A DNA stretch of 64,000 nt, from IMG/VR virus record IMGVR_UViG_3300029977_000134; one strand, written 5' to 3'. The notes under the pieces were generated by a model. That model saw nothing but the letters and a program-made list of their open reading frames with translations. It was not told the origin of the DNA and made no database searches. This document shows positions 49,414 through 58,462 of this stretch, one piece after another (positions within the stretch are counted from its first letter, which is position 1; each line of letters begins with the position of its first letter). The position numbers and the translations under genes were made by a program. Source of the DNA: an uncultured virus (IMG/VR IMGVR_UViG_3300029977_000134). Taxonomy: Duplodnaviria > Heunggongvirae > Uroviricota > Caudoviricetes.

Positions 49414-50187
49414 ATGGGAACTTTAATTAAAACTGGAAAAGTTGTAGAAATAGAACCAGACAAGGTTGTTCATTTTTACAGATTCCTGAAAAACTTCGCA
49501 AACTGGGATTTAAACGATTTTGTGTCTCAATATAAGAGAGTAGGGGGAACTGGAACCATTTTTCCAGTTTCTACTATTCTTACAACTGTTTTAATTCCTG
49601 AATATAGGTATTCATACATTCCAAAGTTTTTTAAGTATTACACTGATATCAAGCGGGCGGATAAAATAGATTACAAGAACTTTTCTCGTTTCAACATTTA
49701 CAAAATTGACATTAATGATATAGGCGGTCCTCATATTGAATTGAGGGTTGAGTTTGCATATGATAAATGGATCAACAAAGTAAGAGTCACAGGAGTTGAA
49801 CTTGAACTAACACACTATTCTCGACCTCGTATGCCTCATAGTTATAAGTTTAAGACACTTATTTTACCTGACAATACTTTTGTAAAAAAGCTTATGGAAG
49901 GTTTGGAGTTATTGAGGTCTTTAAAGGGTAAGGCGTATTCACAATTACCTGAAGAACAGAGAAAACAAGTTGCTGAAAGTTTTTGTGCTATTGAAAATAA
50001 TATGGTTATTTTTGCTAATTTGTTTTATCCTTTGTATATGGGGGAACTTGAGTGGTATGGTTCCACTGGTGAAGTAGGTAGATGGGCTTTTTCATCAGTT
50101 TATGAATTCCTCCGTCAATATGGAGCTGACTTCGATGATGCTCTACGGACTATAGAGGGGGTTTCAAGATTGACTTGGGCGATATAA
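49414..50187 (+). CDS. Paralog superfamily, subfamily A
   Basis: LIKTGKVV, LIPEYRYS, YGADFDDAL. Confidence 0.8.
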   Translation: MGTLIKTGKVVEIEPDKVVHFYRFLKNFANWDLNDFVSQYKRVGGTGTIFPVSTILTTVLIPEYRYSYIPKFFKYYTDIKRADKIDYKNFSRFNIYKIDINDIGGPHIELRVEFAYDKWINKVRVTGVELELTHYSRPRMPHSYKFKTLILPDNTFVKKLMEGLELLRSLKGKAYSQLPEEQRKQVAESFCAIENNMVIFANLFYPLYMGELEWYGSTGEVGRWAFSSVYEFLRQYGADFDDALRTIEGVSRLTWAI

Positions 50188-50219
50188 TGAAAATGGAAAC
50201 CTTTGATAAATCTATTGAC

Positions 50220-50248
50220 TTGACAATCTACCTTTCAGGCTTTATAAT
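50220..50248 (+). promoter_or_regulatory. sigma70 promoter
   Basis: TTGACA-17-TATAAT. Confidence 0.9.
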
Positions 50249-50276
50249 TTTAACACTTTGAAACGAGGTGTCTGAA

Positions 50277-51089
50277 ATGGCCTTAGTAAAAACAGGTGAA
50301 TTAACAGAAATAAACTTGGAGGATGTCGCTCATCTTTATAATTTCTTCAGTGATGTTTTAAGATGGGACAGAAAAGAGTTCGAGAAATACTCAAAAGCCA
50401 AGTTTCCATGGTGTCTAAATTCGGACTGCATAATTGACATACATCCGAAGTTCATACTTCTTCCAAGATTTACCTACTCGTATCTTCCTTACTGCGTTAC
50501 GAAGCTTGTAAAAATGGGGAAACTAAATATCGAACTTATGGACAAAATAGAACCCAAATACTTTACAACTTATGATATTTACAGGTTTGAACCTTCCGAA
50601 GATCTTTGCGACCTTATAGGTGGAATTGAGGTTGAACTCAGACTCAAGCGGTCAAGGGAAGATGAAGAAAAAATAGAACTTTCGAGTATTTACACTGGGA
50701 TTATCGGGTATGAAGTTGAAGAAAGTTGTAAACATAAAGAAATATGTAGAGGTAATTTCTATCTTGATTTTCTGAATTATAAAAAATGGCTCACTAACAT
50801 TAGAGACGGTATTAAAACCTTATCAGAAGTTATTGGTGAAGACTGTTCTAAACATAGAGACAGTGGGTTTTACTCACAACCAAATAAGGTTTCAAGGCGT
50901 ATTTATAATATCGAACTTACATTTATAAACTTCCTCAACCTTGCTTATGTTCTTTATACTGAAGGGTTCGACAAAAGTATACCTGAATACATACTCTTTG
51001 AACCAATTACCAAGATGCTCAGGGAACTTGGTGACACTTTTGAAGGGGTCATAGCTTCTATACGGGCTTTTTCTCTCATAATGGGATGA
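50277..51089 (+). CDS. Paralog superfamily, subfamily A1
   Basis: ATG 50277; closest paralog of 31147. Confidence 0.85.
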   Translation: MALVKTGELTEINLEDVAHLYNFFSDVLRWDRKEFEKYSKAKFPWCLNSDCIIDIHPKFILLPRFTYSYLPYCVTKLVKMGKLNIELMDKIEPKYFTTYDIYRFEPSEDLCDLIGGIEVELRLKRSREDEEKIELSSIYTGIIGYEVEESCKHKEICRGNFYLDFLNYKKWLTNIRDGIKTLSEVIGEDCSKHRDSGFYSQPNKVSRRIYNIELTFINFLNLAYVLYTEGFDKSIPEYILFEPITKMLRELGDTFEGVIASIRAFSLIMG

Positions 51090-51118
51090 CTATGAAACTC
51101 TTTTGTAAATCAAGGAAT

Positions 51119-51147
51119 TTGACTTTCCACACTTCTTATCATATAAT
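51119..51147 (+). promoter_or_regulatory. sigma70 promoter
   Basis: TTGACT-17-TATAAT; upstream ..TAAATCAAGG. Confidence 0.85.
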
Positions 51148-51175
51148 TATAATACTAACAAACAGGAGGTAAAAA

Positions 51176-51955
51176 ATGAAACTTGAAAAAACAGGAGAGG
51201 TCATTGAAATAAATCCCGAATATATTGTTCCATTACACAGGTTCTTAACAGATTTTGTAAAGTGGAACCCCGATGAATACTTAAAATCCGTTGCTAAAGA
51301 GGATGTAAGGTGGCGTCCTGTTGGTAGCCCTGCTGTTGAGTATTTAGATTACAAAGCGGTCATTAAACCGAAATCCCTCTTATTCCCCGTTTACAGGTAT
51401 TCTTCAATTCCAAAACATACTGTTGCTGAAAGATTAGGTGTTGAGTTTGAAAGAGACGAACGCATAAAAATTGAAAACCTTTCACTCTTCAACATATACC
51501 GTATTGTTGAGGATGTTGACCCTGAAGTTGAGATTACAATTTCTACCGAAACCTTACCTGAAATTACACAAAGTAATGAAAAGATAGCAAGGCTTTTCGA
51601 CATAACTATTAATTTCAGAATTGGTTCCAAGAATGACTATTACTGTGTCATAATAATATGGAGTATCTGGTATAACAATTACCTGAAAACTTTACGATGG
51701 GCAAGGGGTAGAAAGTATTTGAACTTTGCAAGTAAAGGAGTTCTCCATTCCAAAGTTTTGAGCCATCTATACGCTATTGAAAACGGTATGTTCGTTTTCC
51801 TGAACTTTCTTTATGCATTATACAATGAACATTTTGAAGATGACACGGTTGAAAGTAGACTTTTTAAACCCCTCTCGGATCTTTTGCGAAGCTACGGGAA
51901 TACCTTTGAGGATATGTTGTCAACTATAAAAGAGATAGTTGTTTTGGCTGGATAA
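51176..51955 (+). CDS. Paralog superfamily, subfamily A
   Basis: MKLEKTG, LRWARGRKY, DLLRSYGNTFE. Confidence 0.85.
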   Translation: MKLEKTGEVIEINPEYIVPLHRFLTDFVKWNPDEYLKSVAKEDVRWRPVGSPAVEYLDYKAVIKPKSLLFPVYRYSSIPKHTVAERLGVEFERDERIKIENLSLFNIYRIVEDVDPEVEITISTETLPEITQSNEKIARLFDITINFRIGSKNDYYCVIIIWSIWYNNYLKTLRWARGRKYLNFASKGVLHSKVLSHLYAIENGMFVFLNFLYALYNEHFEDDTVESRLFKPLSDLLRSYGNTFEDMLSTIKEIVVLAG

Positions 51956-51975
51956 ATTATTAAATTGGAGGTAAT

Positions 51976-52677
51976 ATGATTGATAACAAGACAAAGGAGT
52001 TAAAGATGGGACTCGAATTCAGATTTGAACTTCCAAGAGTTCTACCAACTGCTGGTGTTATTTATAAGATGATAGATAATCTACCAAATACTGAGACTGT
52101 TAAAATATGTGGAATTCCATATGTTTTACTTCCGAAGGCAGCAAGATATTTTGATGAAGACACAAAGAATATTTTTGGTGTTCCAACTGAAAAAAAGAAA
52201 ATCTTTACACTTGACGATTATGAGATCCTTGAAGTTGTGAAAGTTGATAACCCTGAAGATGCAAGACTTTATATATTTAAGCTGCCTGGTGGTAATGGAA
52301 TTTATAATATTGCTGTGATTATAAAAGATATTTATCATTTTAATGCTACTTGCAGTATTTTTGATGTTTGGTGGCTTGAAGAAGATAAATTCAAGTTTGT
52401 TATGGAAAGACTTCCTTTCAACATGAAGAATGCAGATGAGAAAGAAAAATCAGATTTCATATGGGCTTCTGCCCATATTGCTCGTCGCTCAATAGCAGTT
52501 GCTACCCTTCTTTACACTTTTATCAATTTCGATTTTGAAGGTGTAAACCCACAGCTAAGGTTATGTAGTGAAAATTCTCGAGATTATGCGATTTCTGTAA
52601 AGGAAAAAATTAAGAGTCTTGGAAGTAATCTTACTGAGGCAATTGAAAATCTTGAAGTATTAGACCATTTCATATAA
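51976..52677 (+). CDS. Paralog superfamily, subfamily B
   Basis: LPFN, TLLYTF.N, LGSNLTEAIENL (start may be 52006). Confidence 0.8.
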   Translation: MIDNKTKELKMGLEFRFELPRVLPTAGVIYKMIDNLPNTETVKICGIPYVLLPKAARYFDEDTKNIFGVPTEKKKIFTLDDYEILEVVKVDNPEDARLYIFKLPGGNGIYNIAVIIKDIYHFNATCSIFDVWWLEEDKFKFVMERLPFNMKNADEKEKSDFIWASAHIARRSIAVATLLYTFINFDFEGVNPQLRLCSENSRDYAISVKEKIKSLGSNLTEAIENLEVLDHFI

Positions 52678-52691
52678 AGGAAGGTTGAACG

Positions 52692-53453
52692 ATGAAAGTA
52701 AGAAAGACGGGAAAATCCTTAAATATAAACCTTGCAGACACGATTAAGCTTTTGAGATTTCTTGAAAACTTTATGTTCTTTGGTATAGTAGATGGATACC
52801 TCAGCTATTTAGGTGAAAAATTAGTTCCATTGTCTTCAATTAAAAGTGATACACTTACCATTTACCCTAAGTATGTATTGGTTCCAACAACTCAGTATTA
52901 CCTTTCTTTCATTGATGTAGAAGCAAACCTTGAAGGAGTTAGAATTGTGCGTAAGCGTGATATAGAGATTGACAAACCTGTTCAATTTGATGAGTATGAG
53001 TTTATTGAATATTCTTGGGGTCCATGGTCTAAAGTTGAAATTGGCTTTCATATTTCATTTTATGAAAATGAAAAGAAAATAGGAGTGGGTGGAGTATCAA
53101 TTAAAGTTAAGTCTTATACTGGGTTTGGCACTTATTATTATACATTGTATTTCAATAAAGATTTTGCTACGTTGAGGTATGTTGAGGAAGGTTTAAAAGC
53201 GTTTATAGAGTCAAATGGAAAGAAGTTTGAAGAGGTGGAACGGGAAAGTCCTGCCGCAGCACTTAGAATAGGGGTTCTTGAAGATGCTATGTTTTTGTCT
53301 CTTAATGTTCTCTATTCTATTTACAATGGGGTAATTAAAGAGGATACTACTGAATACAAGATTTTTGCTCCATTTACAAAAATCCTTCATAGTTATGGTA
53401 AAGATTTTGAAGAAGTGTTGTCAATTATAAAAGAATTTTCGATGATTTTGTGA
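52692..53453 (+). CDS. Paralog superfamily, subfamily A
   Basis: Close paralog of 36909. Confidence 0.85.
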   Translation: MKVRKTGKSLNINLADTIKLLRFLENFMFFGIVDGYLSYLGEKLVPLSSIKSDTLTIYPKYVLVPTTQYYLSFIDVEANLEGVRIVRKRDIEIDKPVQFDEYEFIEYSWGPWSKVEIGFHISFYENEKKIGVGGVSIKVKSYTGFGTYYYTLYFNKDFATLRYVEEGLKAFIESNGKKFEEVERESPAAALRIGVLEDAMFLSLNVLYSIYNGVIKEDTTEYKIFAPFTKILHSYGKDFEEVLSIIKEFSMIL

Positions 53454-53481
53454 TAATTTTTAAAACAAAAAGGAGGGTAAA

Positions 53482-54258
53482 ATGGAAGAAATAGAGAAGA
53501 AAATAATAAAAATGAACCAAGTGGAAATTCTTGGGTTTAGTAGATTTCTTCGTAATGCTTTCGAATTAGGTTTTGATGGGTATATTAATTCGCTGAAAAA
53601 GGTTGTGAAGTCGAAGGAAGTTTATCCAATGATATTAAAAATTGAGATTATACCTAACTTTCTACTTGTTCCAGTTTACAGTTATTTCTTTTTCAAAGAC
53701 CCAATTATAGAACACTTTGGGTTCAAGGTTGAGTATAAAGATGAGATACACAATGAAAACCTTTTACAGTATGGGATTTACAAGCTTCCAGACAATGCTG
53801 ACAGGAGAATAGTATTACACCTTATACCTTACCCAGAAATGGTTCAAGGTGTGAGATTGGAACAGTTATCAGTGGAAATTAACCTCAAAGCTAAGGATAG
53901 AGAGGATATTAAAGATACAACTCTCAGATTATTTGTTTCACAAAGAATTCTTAATGCAGCTGATATACATTCAAGAATAAAAACCTTAAATGAATTACAA
54001 GGTAAAAGTTTTGATGAACTTCTTCACTCAGAGCCCCGTGAGGTTTTTACAACGGTTCACTATTTTGAACAGAGAATGTTTGTCATTGTCAATCTTCTCT
54101 ATACTTTGTATACAGGTGAGTATAATGTAAAACTTGATGGAGAAGGTCCAAGAAGTAAACATAAGGTTCTTATTCCCGTTGTTGAGCTTCTGAGAAGCTA
54201 TGGCAATGACTTTCAAGAGGTATTAGATTCTATAAGGATAGCTTCAGTATTTATATAA
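53482..54258 (+). CDS. Paralog superfamily, subfamily A
   Basis: Close paralog of 37704. Confidence 0.85.
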   Translation: MEEIEKKIIKMNQVEILGFSRFLRNAFELGFDGYINSLKKVVKSKEVYPMILKIEIIPNFLLVPVYSYFFFKDPIIEHFGFKVEYKDEIHNENLLQYGIYKLPDNADRRIVLHLIPYPEMVQGVRLEQLSVEINLKAKDREDIKDTTLRLFVSQRILNAADIHSRIKTLNELQGKSFDELLHSEPREVFTTVHYFEQRMFVIVNLLYTLYTGEYNVKLDGEGPRSKHKVLIPVVELLRSYGNDFQEVLDSIRIASVFI

Positions 54259-54270
54259 AGGAGGTGTAAA

Positions 54271-54954
54271 ATGGAAGTAAGAATAAACCCAGAAGATGTA
54301 ACAATTTTCATCAGGTTTGTGAGGAACTTCTTTAAGTTTGATGAAGATAAACTAATAGCTCTTCGTAATCCAAAGTTTTACGAATTTTCAATCTTTCCAA
54401 CCAGTCTATTAGTTCCAGTTTACAGATATTCCCCAACACCTTTGGGTAAAAAACTTGGAATTGAACTTAAATACGAAGATAAAATAAACATTGAAAATCT
54501 TTCATATTTCAGAGTTGTCAAACTCCCTGAAAATTCTGACATAAAGATTACCTTAAGCCTCGAGTTAACTGAACGTGATAATGAAGCAATAATCTGGGGA
54601 GTAAGGGTTAACCTTAATGACCCGAGTTACCGTTTCAAAGCATTGGTTGACGGAAGTCTGGATGATAATGGTTTTAACGAAGACTTAAAAACCGTACGGT
54701 GGGCAAAGGGTAGAAGTTACTCAAGACATTCAAAGAGTTTTGTTTCTAAAGTTACAGGGAGCATACTCCGTATAGAGGAATACCTGTTTGCTCTTTCTAA
54801 TCTGTTATATGTTGTGTATAGCGGGGAATACCGCAAGGATAAGAAGGAAGCCGAACTTCTCGCTCCGTTTACAGAGATTTTGAAGAGTTATGGTAATACT
54901 TTTGAAGATGCGTTGTCATCTATAAAAATAGCTACACTGTTTGCATTTCAGTAA
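54271..54954 (+). CDS. Paralog superfamily, subfamily A
   Basis: Close paralog of 38489. Confidence 0.85.
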   Translation: MEVRINPEDVTIFIRFVRNFFKFDEDKLIALRNPKFYEFSIFPTSLLVPVYRYSPTPLGKKLGIELKYEDKINIENLSYFRVVKLPENSDIKITLSLELTERDNEAIIWGVRVNLNDPSYRFKALVDGSLDDNGFNEDLKTVRWAKGRSYSRHSKSFVSKVTGSILRIEEYLFALSNLLYVVYSGEYRKDKKEAELLAPFTEILKSYGNTFEDALSSIKIATLFAFQ

Positions 54955-55063
54955 TGAGTATGCAATGTTCTATTTTAACCAACCCGTTTGGCAAAACCGA
55001 TCGGTTTTGCCGATTTGTTTCGGTAAAAACCGACAATTTAACATAAATTGTATAGGAGGTAAT

Positions 55064-55267
55064 ATGAAAGATATAGAAAAGTATAAAGAGGAACAAAAGG
55101 CTCTGGTATTACACCACCAGAGCGGTACATCTTTTGTAGAAAAGAAAACCGAAAAAATGGGTATTGCAAGTGCAAATATTTCTGGAAAAGCGTGTATTCC
55201 GTTTACAAAAAATAATAAATCCATTGAAAAACATGGAGGCAAAAATGGAAGTCTTAACCAAGACTAA
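55064..55267 (+). CDS. Small hypothetical protein
   Basis: AGGAGGT RBS + ATG 55064; 67 aa. Confidence 0.45.
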   Translation: MKDIEKYKEEQKALVLHHQSGTSFVEKKTEKMGIASANISGKACIPFTKNNKSIEKHGGKNGSLNQD

Positions 55268-55943
55268 AAACATAATAAAAGTGGACCCGAGAGATATTGT
55301 TCACTTTGCTCGTTTTATAAGGGATTTTATAGCTTGGAAAAGAGAAGAAAGAGATAAGGCAGACATAAACCTGTATGTGTCTTGGGCTGAGCCTTCGGTC
55401 ATTCTTGTCCCTGTGTACAGGTATTCCGCCTTTTCCTTGGGTGGAAAGTTAATACCTGACCTCAAATATAAAGACATTATAAAACTTGAAAACCTTTCCT
55501 ACTACAGACCTTTTACCCTACCAAAAAAGAGTAAGGTTAGATTTAAGGTAACCGTTGATGATGGTCCCGAAATTATGAGAGCCAGTTCCTTAGGAATTAG
55601 CGTTAGTCACCCAACGATTTATGGTTATACAATGTACCTTGAACCCGATGACATTGATATGGAATTTTTTGAAAGGGATTTTAGAATACTGAGTTTGGCT
55701 GAAGGTAAGGATTACTCAAAATCTTTAGATTTTGCTAACTCGGAAATCATAGATTGTTTACATCACCTTGAAGACAGTATGTTTATCGTTCTCAGCTTTC
55801 TGTATATGATTTATAGTGGTGGGTATACTGACTATGCCGAAAACAAGTTTTTCTTTCCATTTACTGAAATTTTTCGAAGCTACGGTGAAACTTTCGAGGA
55901 GGCTTTGTTTGTTGCGAAAGAAGTGTCAATGTTTATTGGGTAG
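55245..55943 (+). CDS. Paralog superfamily, subfamily A
   Basis: ATG 55245 after GGAGG; LVPVYRYS, ENLS, YGETFEEAL. Confidence 0.85.
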   Translation: MEVLTKTKNIIKVDPRDIVHFARFIRDFIAWKREERDKADINLYVSWAEPSVILVPVYRYSAFSLGGKLIPDLKYKDIIKLENLSYYRPFTLPKKSKVRFKVTVDDGPEIMRASSLGISVSHPTIYGYTMYLEPDDIDMEFFERDFRILSLAEGKDYSKSLDFANSEIIDCLHHLEDSMFIVLSFLYMIYSGGYTDYAENKFFFPFTEIFRSYGETFEEALFVAKEVSMFIG

Positions 55944-55965
55944 AATTGAAACGGAGGAGTGAAAA

Positions 55966-56763
55966 ATGGGTTCCTTAATTAAGACAGGTGAAGTAGTAAA
56001 AGTAGACCCGAGGGATATTATTTACCTTTACAGATTTATAAGAGAGTGTATAACCTGGAACTTGGATGATTACCATAACTTCTTAGACAAAGTAGGCAAG
56101 AGGAACTCTGATTATTACCAAGCCACCCTTACACTCAATTTTTTATTAGTACCTAAATTTAGGTATTCTACGCCTCATGAAAAGATTAAAAATACTGAAG
56201 TTCAGCAAGCGGATAAAGTTAAATACGAAAATTTTTCCAACTTTGATGTCTATCAATTTGACCCTAACTCTAATGGAGAAATCTTGGAAATTAAATTTGA
56301 ATCAGGAATTAGACATAGTAACACCAGGGCGGTAGCCAGAGTTTGGTGGTTAGATCTTGTTGTAGTTGAAACTGGATTTCATTGTTCAGTAGGGAACACT
56401 GATATAAATGCCGCCAGCGTTGAATACTGTCATTCTGGGACGCTTATTCATGAAACCAATAGTGATATAGAAGACCTTCAAGGATATTTGAGAACCTTAA
56501 GATGGACACAGGGTAAAAGTTATCTGGAACTTTCCAAACGTTCCAAACCTAATGAAACTGGAGTTGTATACAAAATAAGACACTTTGAGGAAAATTTCTT
56601 CCTTTTTGTAAACTTCCTTTACACTTTATATACAGGTGGTTTTAAAAAGGATAGCCCTGAACACACACTTTTTGAACCGTTTACCGAACTTTTAAAGACT
56701 TATGGTAATACCTTTGAGGAAATGTTGTCAACTGTGAAAGAAGTAATGATGTTTGTTGAGTAG
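55966..56763 (+). CDS. Paralog superfamily, subfamily A
   Basis: LIKTGEVV, NFLYTLYTG, YGNTFEEML. Confidence 0.85.
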   Translation: MGSLIKTGEVVKVDPRDIIYLYRFIRECITWNLDDYHNFLDKVGKRNSDYYQATLTLNFLLVPKFRYSTPHEKIKNTEVQQADKVKYENFSNFDVYQFDPNSNGEILEIKFESGIRHSNTRAVARVWWLDLVVVETGFHCSVGNTDINAASVEYCHSGTLIHETNSDIEDLQGYLRTLRWTQGKSYLELSKRSKPNETGVVYKIRHFEENFFLFVNFLYTLYTGGFKKDSPEHTLFEPFTELLKTYGNTFEEMLSTVKEVMMFVE

Positions 56764-56784
56764 AGTAAAAGCAAGGAGATTATA

Positions 56785-57090
56785 ATGGACACTAAAAAAA
56801 TTGAAGAAGCGTTGAAATCACGGTTTACTGGTAACTATCCAAAGGCACAATTTGAAGTTATACTTGACGAGCAGAACAATTTACTAACAGTAAAAACAAA
56901 CCTATTGCGTAAAATTGACGACCAAGGATGTGATAAAGATGAAGATTGTTGTATGAAAGTAGTTTTGAATAAGACTGTAAGGGAAGTTGTTATTATGGCT
57001 TTGAAGGGATTTTTTGATGTTTATCAAGACAAAAAAACTAAACAAATTTTAGCTAATAGAAACATAATGGTAAACATTGAGCCGATGTAA
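56785..57090 (+). CDS. Hypothetical protein
   Basis: 101 aa, AGGAG RBS. Confidence 0.7.
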   Translation: MDTKKIEEALKSRFTGNYPKAQFEVILDEQNNLLTVKTNLLRKIDDQGCDKDEDCCMKVVLNKTVREVVIMALKGFFDVYQDKKTKQILANRNIMVNIEPM

Positions 57091-57110
57091 TATAAGGAGG
57101 TAGAGTTATT

Positions 57111-58391
57111 ATGACGAACAACAATGAGATTTCTTTATATGAGGAAACATTAGATGCTTATGCAAAGGAATTTGCTAACTATATTACTCCAAAAGGAGAC
57201 ACTATATTTGGTTTCTGGATGCAAACATTGGCGGATTTGGAATTTTTGGATTTGGAATTACAAGGTTTAACTGATGAGTATAAAATTGATGCGGTAAATA
57301 GGGTGGTTAATTTCAAGGGCGACGATGATTTTATAAGATTAAGAATTGCTCACCTTGAAAAAGTAAAAGGAAAAACGACTCTCTATACTGAATTTGTGGA
57401 TAAATTCGGAGATACTAATGCTTATGCATTCCATAATCTTTACCCATACAAAGGAAAATTTTATCCGAGAGTTGTGAGAACTCTAATTAATGCCTTCAAG
57501 CTTGATAGTAATTCACTTCTCTTGGACCCTTTTAATGGCTCTGGAACCACCACACATGAAGCTTCGATTATGGGGATTAAAAGTGTTGGTATAGATGTTA
57601 CTCCAATGGGTGTTATACTATCGGAATTGAAAAATGATTTACTTTTTGCAGATGAAGAGAAGTTGAACTTTTCACAAGAGGATTTGCAAGATATTTTGCA
57701 AGCGATAGAAAATAGACAATGGGAACATAGCGACCCTCTGATATACAAATTAATGCTTGTGGTGTACTTTGATACGGTTGATGCATTCGCAAGAACTTCG
57801 AGGTATAATAAAAAGGGTAAGATTGGACTTTTTGTGGAGAAATTCAATTACATAAGAGATTGCTACAGGAAAACTAAAGAAATAAAAGAAAAGTACGGAC
57901 TTAAATTTGAGCCCGCTAAAATAATAGAAGGGGATGTCATGGAGCTCAAAAATATGAGTGAGTTTGAAGGGAAATTTGATGCGTGCATTACAAGTCCACC
58001 TTACTATTTTTCGATAGATTATGTAGGGAAAGATAAAATTGCCTATGATTATTTGGGGATTGATATGAAAAAGATTGAATCAAAATACTTGGGAATGAAA
58101 GAGGGAACACCAAGTGGTAATTATAGCGGACTGCCTACAAAAGTTGCTATGTATTACGAAGACTTGAAAGAATCCATTAAGAATATTTACTGGGCATTAA
58201 AACCCGGTGGTAAGTTGGCAATCATAGTTGGAGATAGTACCGTCAATGGTAAGAAAATTCCGACAACGATGATGACCAAGAGATTTTGTGAAGAGGTAGG
58301 ATTTAGATTTGAAAGGTTAATATTCAATCCACTTTTAGGTGCTCGTAATAGGGCAATAAGAGGAGAAAGTGTGATAATTTGTAAAAAATAA
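57111..58391 (+). CDS. DNA amino-methyltransferase (SPPY, probably N4-cytosine)
   Basis: HNLYPYKGKF, motif I DPFNGSGTT, motif IV TSPPY, LKPGG. Confidence 0.9.
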   Translation: MTNNNEISLYEETLDAYAKEFANYITPKGDTIFGFWMQTLADLEFLDLELQGLTDEYKIDAVNRVVNFKGDDDFIRLRIAHLEKVKGKTTLYTEFVDKFGDTNAYAFHNLYPYKGKFYPRVVRTLINAFKLDSNSLLLDPFNGSGTTTHEASIMGIKSVGIDVTPMGVILSELKNDLLFADEEKLNFSQEDLQDILQAIENRQWEHSDPLIYKLMLVVYFDTVDAFARTSRYNKKGKIGLFVEKFNYIRDCYRKTKEIKEKYGLKFEPAKIIEGDVMELKNMSEFEGKFDACITSPPYYFSIDYVGKDKIAYDYLGIDMKKIESKYLGMKEGTPSGNYSGLPTKVAMYYEDLKESIKNIYWALKPGGKLAIIVGDSTVNGKKIPTTMMTKRFCEEVGFRFERLIFNPLLGARNRAIRGESVIICKK

Positions 58392-58402
58392 ATGCTCCTA
58401 AC

Positions 58403-58431
58403 TTGACAGCTCAAAAGGAATGCCTTATAAT
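58403..58431 (+). promoter_or_regulatory. sigma70 promoter
   Basis: TTGACA-17-TATAAT. Confidence 0.85.
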
Positions 58432-58462
58432 TAGATACGTTAAAACTAAGCAGGAGGTAAAA

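Noticed and set aside
33700..56735. Antisense TTGACA (TGTCAA) near the 3' ends of several paralogs as antisense promoters
   Set aside because: Explained by conserved Leu-Ser codons; in the copies checked there is no good -10 box at 17 nt (at best TACCAT at 18 nt)
26937..56763. Diversity-generating retroelement behind paralog variation
   Set aside because: No reverse transcriptase in the window, and no template/variable repeat pair differing mainly at adenines was noticed
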